Shown here piece by piece: positions 38,699 to 54,494 of a DNA stretch of 64,000 bases (its first letter is position 1; every line of letters starts with the position of its first letter). The stretch spans positions 20,770,001-20,834,000 of the forward strand of contig NW_025963813.1 of the NCBI RefSeq assembly GCF_023055435.1. Direction: 5' to 3'. The stretch comes from Haliotis rufescens. Taxonomy: Eukaryota. A program made the translations under genes and the position numbers. The notes beneath the pieces were generated by a model. That model saw nothing but the letters and a program-made list of their open reading frames with translations. It was not told the DNA's origin and did no database searches.

Positions 38699-40359
38699 GT
38701 CCAAACCCGTGAAGATCAGCACCATGTCCGTGCTCGTGGGTTTCACCAAAATCGTAAGCGTCTGAGACCTGCATCACTCATTAAGCTGACACTCGTGACT
38801 TAACTGGAATGCTGTTCAAAGAATACTCACTCACTCGTTGGTTTGAATCCCAGTTAACTTAGATATGGGACTATCAGCACTACAGCGCTGCCATAGGTTT
38901 GGGTGGGATATTGATATACTAGCTGTCCATAGTGACTCCAAACCCAGCCGGCACAAAATGGAGGCGACAAAACTTACAAATATTGTGATCAAAGTAAAAT
39001 TCGTTGTTGAGGGGATATATTCAATTTGTGAGAGTCTTATGATGGTGTGTGTGTTAGATTGTGTTTCAGTGGTACGGCGACCGAGTCTAAATGGCAAATG
39101 ACAGTTGATCATGACGGGGATAATTGACGTCAGGCTCGAAATGCGGTGTAGAGTGTCTTAATTCACAAATGGCAGTCGCTTTTCACGCAACCCGGGCTCA
39201 CCAGAAGGCAACAATGATATCCGAGACACCATCAAAGAGACAAGGGCCACGCGCCATCTTGTTCCAGTAACGTCAATGTTGGGATGTAAGTATGGTCACA
39301 AACCACACTCCCCCGACCTGGGTTTACAGCACGGGAATAAAGGATCTGTTTATTTAAGCCGTGGTCAAGCCGGTGATTTTATTTTATTTTGTTCATCAAA
39401 GTCTCCAAGAACGTGACATCGCATCCGTGATGGCGGATATTCACGTGACCTTGGGCAGTGTTGTCTGAGAGAGAGATCGGCGACTGTCATTATCGTATGG
39501 CCATTGTTTGATTCACTGTGGTCAGCCTACGAGCAGAAACATTGTATGAGATGTGAATTATGGTGCGACTGTTGACTGTGAATCTGGTCTGGAGGACGGA
39601 TATTGAGTGAGTGTTGTGAGAGTGTTGGATGTTTGCTTTTCTCATCTATGGCAACACGTGCAGGGTCAACCTACTGACCTAAGGCCGTGACAGCGAACTA
39701 CAAAAGTGATGAAGATTTTTAAATTGTGTACCATTCAAAAGTAATTTTCTACCAAATAAGTTTCATAGGCACAGTAATTTCGCCTTTTCTCAGCATGAAT
39801 CACAGAATATGCAACAGATCACTGTAGTGAAGGAAGGATGCGTTGATAGCCATCACCGATTTGTAAGCAGAAGGAAAGCAACTTTTTTTAAATTCGCGAA
39901 ACTAAGAGACTTTTTTATAGAGCGATTCATAAGGCGAGGCGTTGTTAATGCTGCCAACTTTCACCAAGTCTCTTCATTTAGCCTCCGTGACACAATGGCC
40001 GTTGTGGCGAATGTGAACGACATACTCGCCATGACGGAGCTATTGATGTGAAGGAGGTGTGTGCTCCACAACACGTAGCGATGTTCACGTTCCCCCAGCT
40101 GTAATGCTGAATCTTTTAGAAAACGTCCCATTAACACCTAGTTATGTATGTATGTATGTACACTGTCGATGAAATTCATAAAACAAGGAATCCTTCTGGT
40201 GTCCACAGTATCTGCGTGACAGAACGCGGGTGTGAATGTAGACGCCAGAGCTCAAACCGAGCATGATAAAACCGTTTGGAAAAGGATGAATGCAGTGTGT
40301 GATCGCGAAATATTAATAATAATTAAATTACTCCTGAAACATCCTCCAAATATAGGATA

Positions 40360-41985
40360 CAGCCCTATAGCATACTCGTAACGTGTGACACTGACCAGCC
40401 CTATAGAACACCGATAACGTTACACTGACCAGCCCTATAGCACACCGATAACGTGTTACACTGACCAGCCCTATAGAACACTGATAACGTGTTACACTGA
40501 CCAGCCCTATAGAACACTGATAACGTTACATTGACCAGCCCTATAGAACACCGATAACGTTACATTGACCAGCCCTATAGCACACCGATAACGTGTTACA
40601 CTGACCAGCTCTATAGCACACTGATAACGTGTTACACTGACCAGCCCTATAGCACACTGATAACGTGTTACACTGACCAGCCCTATAGCATACTGGTAAC
40701 GTGTTACACTGACCAGCCCTATAGAACACTGATAACGTGTCACATTGACCAGCCCTCTAGAACACTGATAACGCGTTACACTGACCAGCCCTATAGAACA
40801 CCGATAACGTGTTACACTGACCAGCCCTATAGAACACCGATAACGTGTTACACTGACCAGCCCTATAGCATACTGGTAACGTGTTACACTGACCAGCCCC
40901 ATAGAATACTGATAATGTGTTACACAGACCAGCCTTATAGAACACTGATAATGTGTTACACTGACCAGCCCTATAGAACACCGATAACGTGTTACACTGA
41001 CCAGCCCTATAGAACACCGATAACGTGTTACACTGACCAGCCCTATAGCATACTGGTAACGTGTTACACTGACCCGCCCTATAGAACACTGATAATGTGT
41101 TACACAGACCAGCCTTATAGAACACTGATAATGTGTTACACAGACCAGCCCTATAGAACACTGATAATGTGTTACACAGACCAGCCCTATAGAACACTGA
41201 TAATGTGTTACACAGACCAGCCCTATAGTACACCGATAATGTGTTACACTGACCAGTCCTATAGAACATTGATAATGTGTTACACTGACCAGTCCTATAG
41301 AACATTGATAATGTGTTACACAGACCAGCCCTATAGAACACTGATAATGTGTTACACAGAGCAGCCCTATAGTACACCGATAATGTGTTACACTGACCAG
41401 TCCTATAGAACATTGATAATGTGTTACACTGACCAGTCCTATAGAACATTGATAATGTGTTACACTGACCAGTCCTATAGAACACCGATAACGTGTTACA
41501 CTGACCAGTCCTATAGAACATTGATAATGTGTTACACTGACCAGCCCTATAGTACACCGATAACGTGTTACACTGACCAGTCCTATAGAACATTGATAAT
41601 GTGTTACACTGACCAGTCCTATAGAACACCGATAACGTGTTACACTGACCAGTCCTATAGAACACTGATAACGTGTTACACTGACCAGTCCTATAGAACA
41701 CTGATAACGTGTTACACTGACCAGTCCTATAGAACACCGATAACGTGTTACACAGACCAGCCCTATAGAACACTGATAACGTGTTACACTGACCAGTCCT
41801 ATAGAACACTGATAACGTGTTACACAGACCAGCCCTATAGATAACTGATAACGTGTTACACAGACCAGTCCTATAGAACACTGATAACGTGTTACACTGA
41901 CCAGCCCTATAGAATACTGATAACATGTTACACAGTCCAGCCCTACAGCACACTGATAACGTGTCACACTGACCAACCACATAGA
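40360..41985. repeat. 36-bp minisatellite, about 45 copies, CCAGCCCTATAGAACACTGATAACGTGTTACACTGA
   Basis: 36-bp period; 12-aa periodic ORFs on both strands. Confidence 0.96.
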
Positions 41986-42287
41986 ACCGTACTACGTTGG
42001 ACATAGATCTCCTGCTGCAAGTGACAAACGTGTATTACGTGAGGCCGTACCCCGTGACCTCCTACACCACAGTCCGTCGCCTACATGCGCGTGCACTGCG
42101 TTAGGCCCGTCGAGCACTTGAGCAAAGCGTGCGGTTTACCCTCCACTTCAAAGCTCCTGGGGAGGTCACATGGCCCCCGTGGTTCTCACGCCACAACACA
42201 CACCAGGGTCACGTTGGGATCTTTAATAACTCATACTGAGTGTTACATCTCAGTAGGTCAAGTGTGGACATACATAGGGCAGCAATA

Positions 42288-45200
42288 CCATGGGCAACAC
42301 CGACATGGGGAGTACAGACATGGGGAACACCGACATGGGGAGTACAGACATGGGGAACACCGAGATGGCGTGAACAGACATCGGGAACATCGACATTGGT
42401 AGTACAGACATGGGGAACACCAACATGGGGAACATCAACATTGGGAGTGCAGACATGGGGAACAGCGACATAAGGAACACCGACATGGGGAGTACAGATA
42501 TGGGGAACACCGACATGGGGAGTACAGACATGGGGAACACCGACATGGGGAGTACAGACATGGGGAACACCGAGATGGCGTGAACAGACATCGGGAACAT
42601 CGACATTGGGAGTACAGACATGGGGAAGACAAACATGGGGGACATCAACATTGGGAGTGCAGACATGGGGACAGCGACATAAGGAACATCGACATGGGGA
42701 GTACAGATATGGGGAACACCGACATGGGGAGTACAGACATGGGGAACACAGACATGGGCAACATCGACATTGGGAGTACAGACTTGGAAAACACGGACAT
42801 GGGGAGTACAGATATGGGGAACACCGACATGGGGAACATCAACATTTGGAGTACAGACATGGGGAACATCGACATGGGGAGTACAGACATGGGGACACCG
42901 ACATGGGGAGTACAGACATAGGGAACACCGACATTGGAAGTACAGACATGGGTAACACCGACATGGGGAACATCAACATTTGGAGTACAGACATCAGTAA
43001 CACCGACATTGGGAGTACAGACATCGGGAACACCGACATGGGGAACACCGACATGAGGAACACCGACATGGGGAACACAGACATGGAGTGTACAGACATG
43101 GAGAACACCGACATGGGGAGTACAGACATGGGGAACATCGACATGGGGAACATCAACATTTGGAGTACAGACATGGGGAACACCGACATTGGGAGTACAG
43201 ACATGGGGAACACCGACATGGGGAACATCAACATTTGGAGTACAGACATGGGGAACACCGACATTTGGAGTACAGATATGGGTAACACCGACATGGGGAA
43301 CACCGACATGAGGAACACCGACATGGGGAACACCGACATGGGGTGTACAGACATAGGGAACACCGACATGGGGTGTGCAGACATGGGGAACATCGACATT
43401 GGGAGTACAGACATGGGGAACACAGACATGGGGAGTACAGATATGGGGAACACCGACATGGGGTGTGCAGACATGGGGAACATCGACATTGGGAGTACAG
43501 ACATGGGGAACACCGACATGCGGAGTACAGATATGGGGAACACCGACATGGGGAGTACAGATATGGGGAACACCGACATCGGGAACATCGGCATTGGCAG
43601 TACAGACATGGGGAACACCGACTTGGGGAACATCGACATTTGGAGTACAGACATGGGGAACACCGACATGGGGAACACCGACATGGGGAGTACAGATATG
43701 GGGAACACCGACATGGGGAACATCGGCATTGGGAGTACAGACATGGGGAACATCGACATTGGGAGTACAGACATGGGGAACAACGACATGGGGAGTACAG
43801 ACATGTGGAACACCGACATAGGGAGTACAGATATGGGGAACACCGACATGGGGAACATCAACATGGGGAGTACAGACATGGGGAACACCGAGATGGAGTG
43901 AACAGACATAGGGAACATCGACATTGGGAGTACAGACATGGGCAGCACAGACATGGGGAGTACAGATATGGGGAACACCGAGACAGGGAACATCGGGATT
44001 GGGAGTGCAGACATTGGGAACACCGACATGGGGAGTACAGATATAGGGGAACACCGACATGGGGAACATCGGCATTGGCAGTGCAGACATGGGGAACATC
44101 GGCATTGGGAGTACAGACATGGGGAACACCGACATGGGGTGTACAGACATGGGGAATATCAACGTTGGGAGTACAGACATTGCGAACACCGACATGAGGA
44201 ACACCGACATTGGGAACATCGGCATTGGGAGTGCAGACATGGGGAAAATCGACATTGGGAGTACAGACATGGGGAACACAAACATGGGGAGTACAGACAT
44301 GGGGAACACCGACATGGGGAACATCGACATTGGGAGTACAGACATGGGGAACACAGACATTGGGAGTACAGACATGGGGAACACCGACATGAGGAGTACA
44401 GACATGGGTAACACCGACGTAGGGAGTGCAGGCATTGATAACACCGACATTGAGTGAACAGACATGGGGAACACCGACATGGGGAACATCGACATTCGGA
44501 GTACAGACATGGGGAACATCGACATGGGGAGTACAGATATGGGGAACACAGACATGGGAAGTACAGACATGGGGAGTACAGACATGAGGAACACCGACAT
44601 GGGGAGTAGAGACATGGGGAACACCGACATTGGGAGAACATACATGGGAACACTGACATAGGGAACATCGACATTGGGAGTACAGACATGGGGAACACAG
44701 ACATGGGGAGTACAGACATGGGGAGTACAGACATGGGGAGTACAGACATGAGGAACACCGACATGGGGAGTACATATATGGGGAACACCGACATTGGGAG
44801 AACATACATGGGAACACTGACATAGGGAACATCGACATTGGGAGTACAGACATGGGGAACACAGACATGGGGAGTACAGACATTTGGAGTACAGACATGA
44901 GGAACACCGACATGGGGAGTACAAACATAGGGAACACCGACATGGGGTGAACAGACATGGGTAACATCGACATTGGGAGTACATACATGGAAACACAGAC
45001 ATGGGGAGTACAGATATGGGGACACCGACATGGGGAACATCGGCATGGGGAGTACAGATATGGGAACACTGACATTGGGAGTACAGACATGGGGAACTAT
45101 GACATGAGGAACTCCGACATGGGGAATACAGACATGGGGAACACAGACATGGGGTGTACAGACATGGGGAACATCGACATGGGGAGTACAGACATGGGGA

Positions 45201-48200
45201 ACACTGACATTTGGAGTACAGACATGGGGAACACAGACATGGGGAGTACAGACATGGGGAACACCGACATGGGGAACATCGACATTGGGAGTACAGACAT
45301 GGGGAACACAGACATTGGGAGTACAGACATGGGGAACACAGACATGAGGAGTACAGACATGGGTAACACCGACGTAGGGAGTGCAGGCATTGATAACACC
45401 GACATTGAGTGAACAGACATGGGGAACACCGACATGGGGAACATCGACATTCGGAGTACAGACATGGGGAACATCGACATGGGGAGTACAGATATGGGGA
45501 ACACGTACATAGGGAGTACAGACATGGGAAGTACAGACATGGGGAGTACAGACATGAGGAACACCGACATGGGGAGTAGAGACATGGGGAACACCGACAT
45601 TGGGAGAACATACATGGGAACACTGACATAGGGAACATCGACATTGGGAGTACAGACATGGGGAACACAGACATGGGGAGTACAGACATTGGGAGTACAG
45701 ACATGAGGAACACCGACATGGGGAGTACAAACATAGGGAACACCGACATGGGGTGTACAGACATGGGTAACATCGACATTGGGAGTACATACATGGAAAC
45801 ACAGACATGGGGAGTACAGATATGGGGACACCGACATGGGGAACATCGGCATGGGGAGTACAGATATGGGAACACTGACATTGGGAGTACAGACATGGGG
45901 AACTATGACATGAGGAACTCCGACATGGGGAATACAGACATGGGGAACACAGACATGGGGTGTACAGACATGGGGAACATCGACATGGGGAGTACAGACA
46001 TGGGGAACACTGACATTCGGAGTACAGACATGGGGAACACAGACATGGGGAGTACAGACATGGGGAACTATGACATGAGGAACACCGACATGGGGAGTAC
46101 ATATATGCGGAACACCGACATTGGGAGAACAGACATGGGAACACTGACATAGGGAACATCGACATTGGGATTACAGACATGGGGAACATCGACATGGGGA
46201 GTACAGACATGGGGAACACCGACATTGGGAGTACAGATATGGGAAACACCGACATGGGGAATACAGACATGGGTAACACCGACATGGGGAACATCAACAT
46301 TTGGAGTACAGACATAGGGAACATCAACATTTGGATTACAGACATGGGGAACACTGACATTGGGAACATCTGCATGAGGAACATCGACATTGGGAACATC
46401 TGCATGAGGAACACCGACATGGGGAGAACAGACATGGGGAACACCGATATTGGGCGTACAGACATGAGGAACACCGACATGGGGAGTACAGACATGAGGA
46501 ACACCGACATGGGGAGTACAGACATGGGGAACACCGCTATTGGGAACATCGGCATGAGGAACACCGACATGGTGAGTACAGACATGAGGAACATCGACAT
46601 GGGGAACATCGACATTGGGAGTACAGACATGGGGAACACCGACATGGGGAACATCGACATTGGGAGTACAGATATGGGGAACACCGACAGGGGGAACATC
46701 AACATTTGGAGTACAGACATGGGGAACACCGACATGGGGAACAGCGACATTGGGAGTACAGACATGGGGAACATCGGCATTGGGAGTACAGATATGGGGA
46801 ATACAGACATGGGGAACATCGGCATTGGGAGTACAGATACGGGGAACACCGACATGGGGAACATCAACATTTGGAGTACAGACATGGGGAACACCGACAT
46901 GGGGAACATCGACATTGGGAGTACAGACATGGGGAATACCGACATGGGGAGTACAGACATGGGGAACACCGAGATGGAGTGAACAGACATAGGGAAGATC
47001 GACATTGGGAGTACAGACATGGGGAGCACAGACATGGGGAGTACAGACATGGGGAACACCGACATAGGGAACATCGGCATTGGGAGTGCAGACATGGGGA
47101 ATACCGACATGGGGAGTACAGAAATGGGGAACACCGACATGGGGAATACAGACATGGGGAACACCGACATGGGGTGTAGAGACATGGGGAACACCGACAT
47201 GGGGTGTACAGACATGGGGAACACCGACATGGGGAACATCAACATCGGGAATACAGAAATGGGCAACACCGACATGGGCAGTACACACATGGGGAACACC
47301 GACATGTGGTGTACAGACATGGGGAACAGCGACATGGGGTGTACAGACATGGGGAACATCGACATGGGCAGCACAGACATGGGGAGTACAGATATTGGGA
47401 ATACCGACATAGGGAACATCGGCATTGGGAGTGCAGACATGGGGAACATCGCCATTGGGAGTGCAGACATGGAGAATACTGACATGGGGAGTACAGAAAT
47501 CGGGAACACCGACATGGGGTGTACAGACATGGGGAACACCGACATGGGGTGTACAGACATGGGGAACATCAACATTGGGAGTACAGACATGGGGAACATC
47601 GACATTGTTGGTACAGACATCGAAAACACGGATATTGGGAGTACAGATATGGGGAACACGGACATGGGGAACATCAACATTGGGAGTACAGACATGGGAA
47701 ACACCGACATGGGGAATACAGACATGGGTAACACCGACATGTGGTGTACAGACATGGGGAACATCGACATTGGGAGTACAGACATGGGGAACATCAACAT
47801 TGGGAGTACAGACATGGGGAACACCGCCGTCATGGGGTGTACAGAAATGGGGAACAACGACATGGGGTGTACAGACATGGGGAACATCGACATTGGGAGC
47901 ACAGACATGGGGAACACCGCCGTCATGGGGTGTACAGAAATGGGGAACAACGACATGGGGTGTACAGACATGGGGAACATCGACATTGGGAGCACAGACA
48001 TGGGGAACACCGACATGAGGAACACCGTAATCGGGAGTACATACATAGGGAACATCGACATGGGGTGTACAGACATGGGGAACATCGACATTGGGAGTAC
48101 AGACATGGGGAACACAGACATGGGGAGGACAGGTATGGGGAACACCGACATGGGGAACATCGGCATGGGGAGTACAGATATGGGAACACTGACATGGGGA

Positions 48201-48650
48201 GTACAGACATTGGGAACATCGACATGGGAAGAAAAAACATGGGGAACTATGACATGAGGAACACCGACATGGGGAGTACAGACATGGGTAACACCGACAT
48301 GGGGAGTACAGACATGGGGAACACTGACATGAGGAACACCGACATGGGGAGTACAGAAATGGGGAACACCGACATGGGGAGTACAGACATGGGGAACACT
48401 GACATGAGGAACACCGACATGGGGAGTACAGACATGAGGAACACCGACATGGGGAGTACAGACATGAGGAACACCGACATGGGGAGTACAGACATGGGGA
48501 ACATCGACATGTTGTGTACAGACATGGGAAACACAGACATGGGGAGTACAGACATGGGGAACATCAACATTGGGAGTACAGACATGGGGAACACCGACAT
48601 GGGGAACATCGGCATTGGGAGTACAGACTTGGGGAACACCGAAATGGGGA
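42288..48650. repeat. 15-bp G-rich satellite, about 420 units, GACATGGGGAACACC / GACATGGGGAGTACA
   Basis: GACAT every 15 bp with occasional 1-bp indels; internal duplication with a marker at 44416 and 45371. Confidence 0.97.
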
Positions 48651-51600
48651 TATATATATGGCACGACACAGATACACACTGCAGTATGTGATGTATACAT
48701 ATAGCACCTCACAGATACACACTGCAATATGTGATATATATATAGCACCTCACAGATACACACTGCGGTATGTGATGTATATAGCACCTCACAGATACAC
48801 ACTGCAATAGGTGATATATATAGCACCTCACAGATACACACTGCAATATGTCATGTATATAGCACCTCACAGATACACACTGCAATATGTCATGTATATA
48901 GCACCTCACAGATACACACTGCAAAATGTGATATATAAAGCACCTCACAGATACACACTGCAATATGTGATATATATAGCACCTCACAGATACACACTGC
49001 AATATGTGATATAAATAGCACCTCACAGATACACACTGCAATATGTGATATTTATAGCACCTCACAGATACACACAGCAATATGTGATGTATATAGCACC
49101 TCACAGATACACACTGCAAAATGTGATATATAAAGCACCTCACAGATACACACTGCAATATGTGATATATATAGCACCTCACATACACACACTGCAATAT
49201 GTAAAATATATATAGCACCTCACAGATACACACTGCAATATGTCATGTATATAGCACCTCACAGATACACACTGCAATATGTCATGTATATAGCACCTCA
49301 CAGATACACACTGCAATATGTCATGTATATAGCACCTCACAGATACACTGCAGTATGTCATGTATATAGCACCTCACAGATACACACTGCAATATGTCAT
49401 GTATATAGCACCTCACAGATACACACTGCAATATGTCATGTATATTGCACCTCACAGATACACACTGCAATATGTAATGTATATTGCACCTCACAGATAC
49501 ACACTGCAATATGTCATGTATATAGCACCTCACATACACACACTGCAATATGTAAAATATATATAGCACCTCACAGATACACACTGCAATATCTCATGTA
49601 TATAGCACCTCACAGATACACACTGCAATATGTCATGTATATTGCACCTCACAGATACACACTGCAATATGTGATATATATAGCACCTCACATACACACA
49701 CTGCAATATGTAAAATATATATAGCACCTCACAGATACACACTGCAATATGTCATGTATATAGCACCTCACAGACACACTGCAATGTGTGATCTACATAG
49801 CACCTCACAGATACACTGCAATATGCCATGTATATAGCACCTCACAGACACACTGCAATGTGTGATATAAGTAGCACCTCACAGATACACACTGCAATAT
49901 GTGATATTTATAGCACCTCACAGATACACACTGCAATATGTAATGTATATAGCACCTCACATAGACACACTGCAAAATGTGATATATAAAGCACCTCACA
50001 GATACACACTGCAATATGTGATATATATAGCACCTCACATACACACACTGCAATATGTAAAATATATATAGCACCTCACAGATACACACTGCAATATGTC
50101 ATGTATATAGCATCTCACAGATACACACTGCAAAATGTGATATATAAAGCACCTCACAGATACACACTGCAATATGTGATATATATAGCACCTCACAGAT
50201 ACACACTGCAATATGTGATATATATAGCACCTCACATACACACACTGCAATATGTAAAATATATATAGCACCTCACAGATACACACTGCAATATGTCATG
50301 TATATAGCACCTCACAGATACACACTGCAATATGTCATGTATATAGCACCTCACAGATACACACTGCAATATGCCATGTATATAGCACCTCACAGATACA
50401 CACTGCAGTATTTCATGTATATAGCACCTCACAGATACACACTGCAATATGTCATGTATATAGCACCTCACAGATACACACTGCAATATGTCATGTATAT
50501 TGCACCTCACAGATACACACTGCAATATGTGATATATATAGCACCTCACATACACACACTGCAATATGTAAAATATATATAGCACCTCACAGATACACAC
50601 TGCAATATGTCATGTATATAGCACCTCACAGATACACACTGCAATATGTCATGTATATAGCACCTCACAGATACAGAGTGCAATATGTCATGTATATAGA
50701 ACCTCACAGACACACTGCAATATGTCATGTATATAGCACCTCACAGATACACACTGCAATATGTCATGTATATTGCACCTCACAGATACACACTGCAATA
50801 TGTAATGTATATTGCACCTCACAGATACACACTGCAATATGTAATGTATATTGCACCTCACATACACACACTGCAATATGTAAAATATATATAGCACCTC
50901 ACAGATACACACTGCAATATCTCATGTATATAGCACCTCACAGATACACACTGCAATATGTCATGTATATTGCACCTCACAGATACACACTGCAATATGT
51001 GATATATATAGCACCTCACATACACACACTGCAATATGTAAAATATATATAGCACCTCACAGATACACACTGCAATATGTCATGTATATAGCACCTCACA
51101 GACACACTGCAATGTGTGATCTACATAGCACCTCACAGATACACTGCAATATGCCATGTATATAGCACCTCACAGACACACTGCAATGTGTGATATAAGT
51201 AGCACCTCACAGATACACACTGCAATATGTGATATTTATAGCACCTCACAGATACACACTGCAATATGTAATGTATATAGCACCTCACATAGACACACTG
51301 CAAAATGTGATATATAAAGCACCTCACAGATACACACTGCAATATGTGATATATATAGCACCTCACATACACACACTGCAATATGTAAAATATATATAGC
51401 ACCTCACAGATACACACTGCAATATGTCATGTATATAGCATCTCACAGATACACACTGCAAAATGTGATATATAAAGCACCTCACAGATACACACTGCAA
51501 TATGTGATATATATAGCACCTCACAGATACACACTGCAATATGTGATATATATAGCACCTCACATACACACACTGCAATATGTAAAATATATATAGCACC

Positions 51601-54494
51601 TCACAGATACACACTGCAATATGTCATGTATATAGCACCTCACAGATACACACTGCAATATGTCATGTATATAGCACCTCACAGATACACACTGCAATAT
51701 GCCATGTATATAGCACCTCACAGATACACACTGCAGTATTTCATGTATATAGCACCTCACAGATACACACTGCAATATGTCATGTATATAGCACCTCACA
51801 GATACACACTGCAATATGTCATGTATATTGCACCTCACAGATACACACTTCAATATGTGATATATATAGCACCTCACATACACACACTGCAATATGTAAA
51901 ATATATATAGCACCTCACAGATACACACTGCAATATGTCATGTATATAGCACCTCACAGATACACACTGCAATATGTCATGTATATAGCACCTCACAGAT
52001 ACAGAGTGCAATATGTCATGTATATAGAACCTCACAGACACACTGCAATGTGTGATCTATATAGCACCTCAGAGATACACTGCAATATGTGATGTATACA
52101 GCACCTCACAGATACACTGCAATTATTCATGTATACAGCACCTCACAGACACGCTGCAATATGTGATGTATATAGCACCTCACAGATACACTGCAATATG
52201 TCATGTATACAGCACCTCACAGACACGCTGCAATATGTCATGTATATAGCACCTCAGAGACACACTGCAATATGTCATGTATACAGCACCTCACAGACAC
52301 GCTGTAATATGTGATGTATATAGCACCTCACAGATACACTGCAATATGTCATGTATACAGCACCTCACAGATACACTGCAATTAGTCATGTATACAGCAC
52401 CTCACAGACACGCTGCAATATGTGATGTATATAACACCTCACAGACACACTGCAATATGTCATGTATACAGCACCTCACAGACACGCTGCAATATGTGAT
52501 GTATATAGCACCTCACAGATACACTGCAATATGTCATGTATACAGCACCTCACAGATACACACTGCAATATGTCATGTATACAGCACCTCACAGATACAC
52601 ACTGCAATATGTCATGTATACAGCACCTCACAGATACACACTGCAATATGTGATATATATAGCACCTCACATACACACACTGCAATATGTAAAATATATA
52701 TAGCACCTCACAGATACACACTGCAATATGTCATGTATATAGCATCTCACAGATACACACTGCAAAATGTGATATATAAAGCACCTCACAGATACACACT
52801 GCAATATGTGATATATATAGCACCTCACAGATACACACTGCAATATGTGATATATATAGCACCTCACATACACACACTGCAATATGTAAAATATATATAG
52901 CACCTCACAGATACACACTGCAATATGTCATGTATATAGCACCTCACAGATACACACTGCAATATGTCATGTATATAGCACCTCACAGATACACACTGCA
53001 ATATGCCATGTATATAGCACCTCACAGATACACACTGCAGTATTTCATGTATATAGCACCTCACAGATACACACTGCAATATGTCATGTATATAGCACCT
53101 CACAGATACACACTGCAATATGTCATGTATATTGCACCTCACAGATACACACTTCAATATGTGATATATATAGCACCTCACATACACACACTGCAATATG
53201 TAAAATATATATAGCACCTCACAGATACACACTGCAATATGTCATGTATATAGCACCTCACAGATACACACTGCAATATGTCATGTATATAGCACCTCAC
53301 AGATACAGAGTGCAATATGTCATGTATATAGAACCTCACAGACACACTGCAATGTGTGATCTATATAGCACCTCAGAGATACACTGCAATATGTGATGTA
53401 TACAGCACCTCACAGATACACTGCAATTATTCATGTATACAGCACCTCACAGACACGCTGCAATATGTGATGTATATAGCACCTCACAGATACACTGCAA
53501 TATGTCATGTATACAGCACCTCACAGACACGCTGCAATATGTGATGTATATAGCACCTCAGAGACACACTGCAATATGTCATGTATACAGCACCTCACAG
53601 ACACGCTGTAATATGTGATGTATATAGCACCTCACAGATACACTGCAATATGTCATGTATACAGCACCTCACAGATACACTGCAATTAGTCATGTATACA
53701 GCACCTCACAGACACGCTGCAATATGTGATGTATATAACACCTCACAGACACACTGCAATATGTCATGTATACAGCACCTCACAGACACGCTGCAATATG
53801 TGATGTATATAGCACCTCACAGATACACTGCAATATGTCATGTATACAGCACCTCACAGATACACACTGCAATATGTCATGTATACAGCACCTCACAGAT
53901 ACGCACTGCAATATGTCATGTATACAGCACCTCACAGATACACACTGCAATATGTCATGTATACAGCACCTCATAGACACACTGCAATATGTCATGTATA
54001 TAGCACCTCACAGATACACTGCAATATGTCATGTATACAGCACCTCACAGATACACTGCAATATGTCATGTATACAGCACCTCACAGACACGCTGCAATA
54101 TGTGATGTATATAGCACCTCACAGATACACTGCAATATGTCATGTATACAGCACCTCACAGATACACTGCAATATGTCATGTATACAGCACCTCCAGATA
54201 CACACTGCAATATGTCATGTATACAGCACCTCACAGATACACACTGCAATATGTCATGTATACAGCACCTCACAGACACGCTGCAATATGTGATGTATAT
54301 AGCACCTCACAGATACACTGCAATATGTCATGTATACAGCACCTCACAGATACACTGCAATATGTCATGTATACAGCACCTCACAGATACACACTGCAAT
54401 ATGTGATGTATATAGCACCTCACAGACACGCTGCAATATGTGATGTATACAGCACCTCACAGATACACTGCAATATGTCATGTATACAGCACCT
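48651..54494. repeat. 39/37-bp satellite, about 150 units, ATAGCACCTCACAGATACACACTGCAATATGTCATGTAT
   Basis: GCACCTCACA every 37-41 bp; higher-order blocks recur at 1328- and 1304-bp offsets. Confidence 0.97.

Noticed and set aside
26121-41985. Arrays as internal repeats of Helitron/Helentron elements
   Set aside because: I found no shared flanking boxes, subterminal inverted repeats or CTRR ends around the arrays; a genome-wide search would be needed to exclude this.
42085-48841. Very long ORFs (up to 1560 aa), including TDMGN pentapeptide-like repeats
   Set aside because: They arise from a stop-free 15-bp unit, are open in several frames on both strands, are broken by scattered 1-bp indels, and have no unique domain or splice context.
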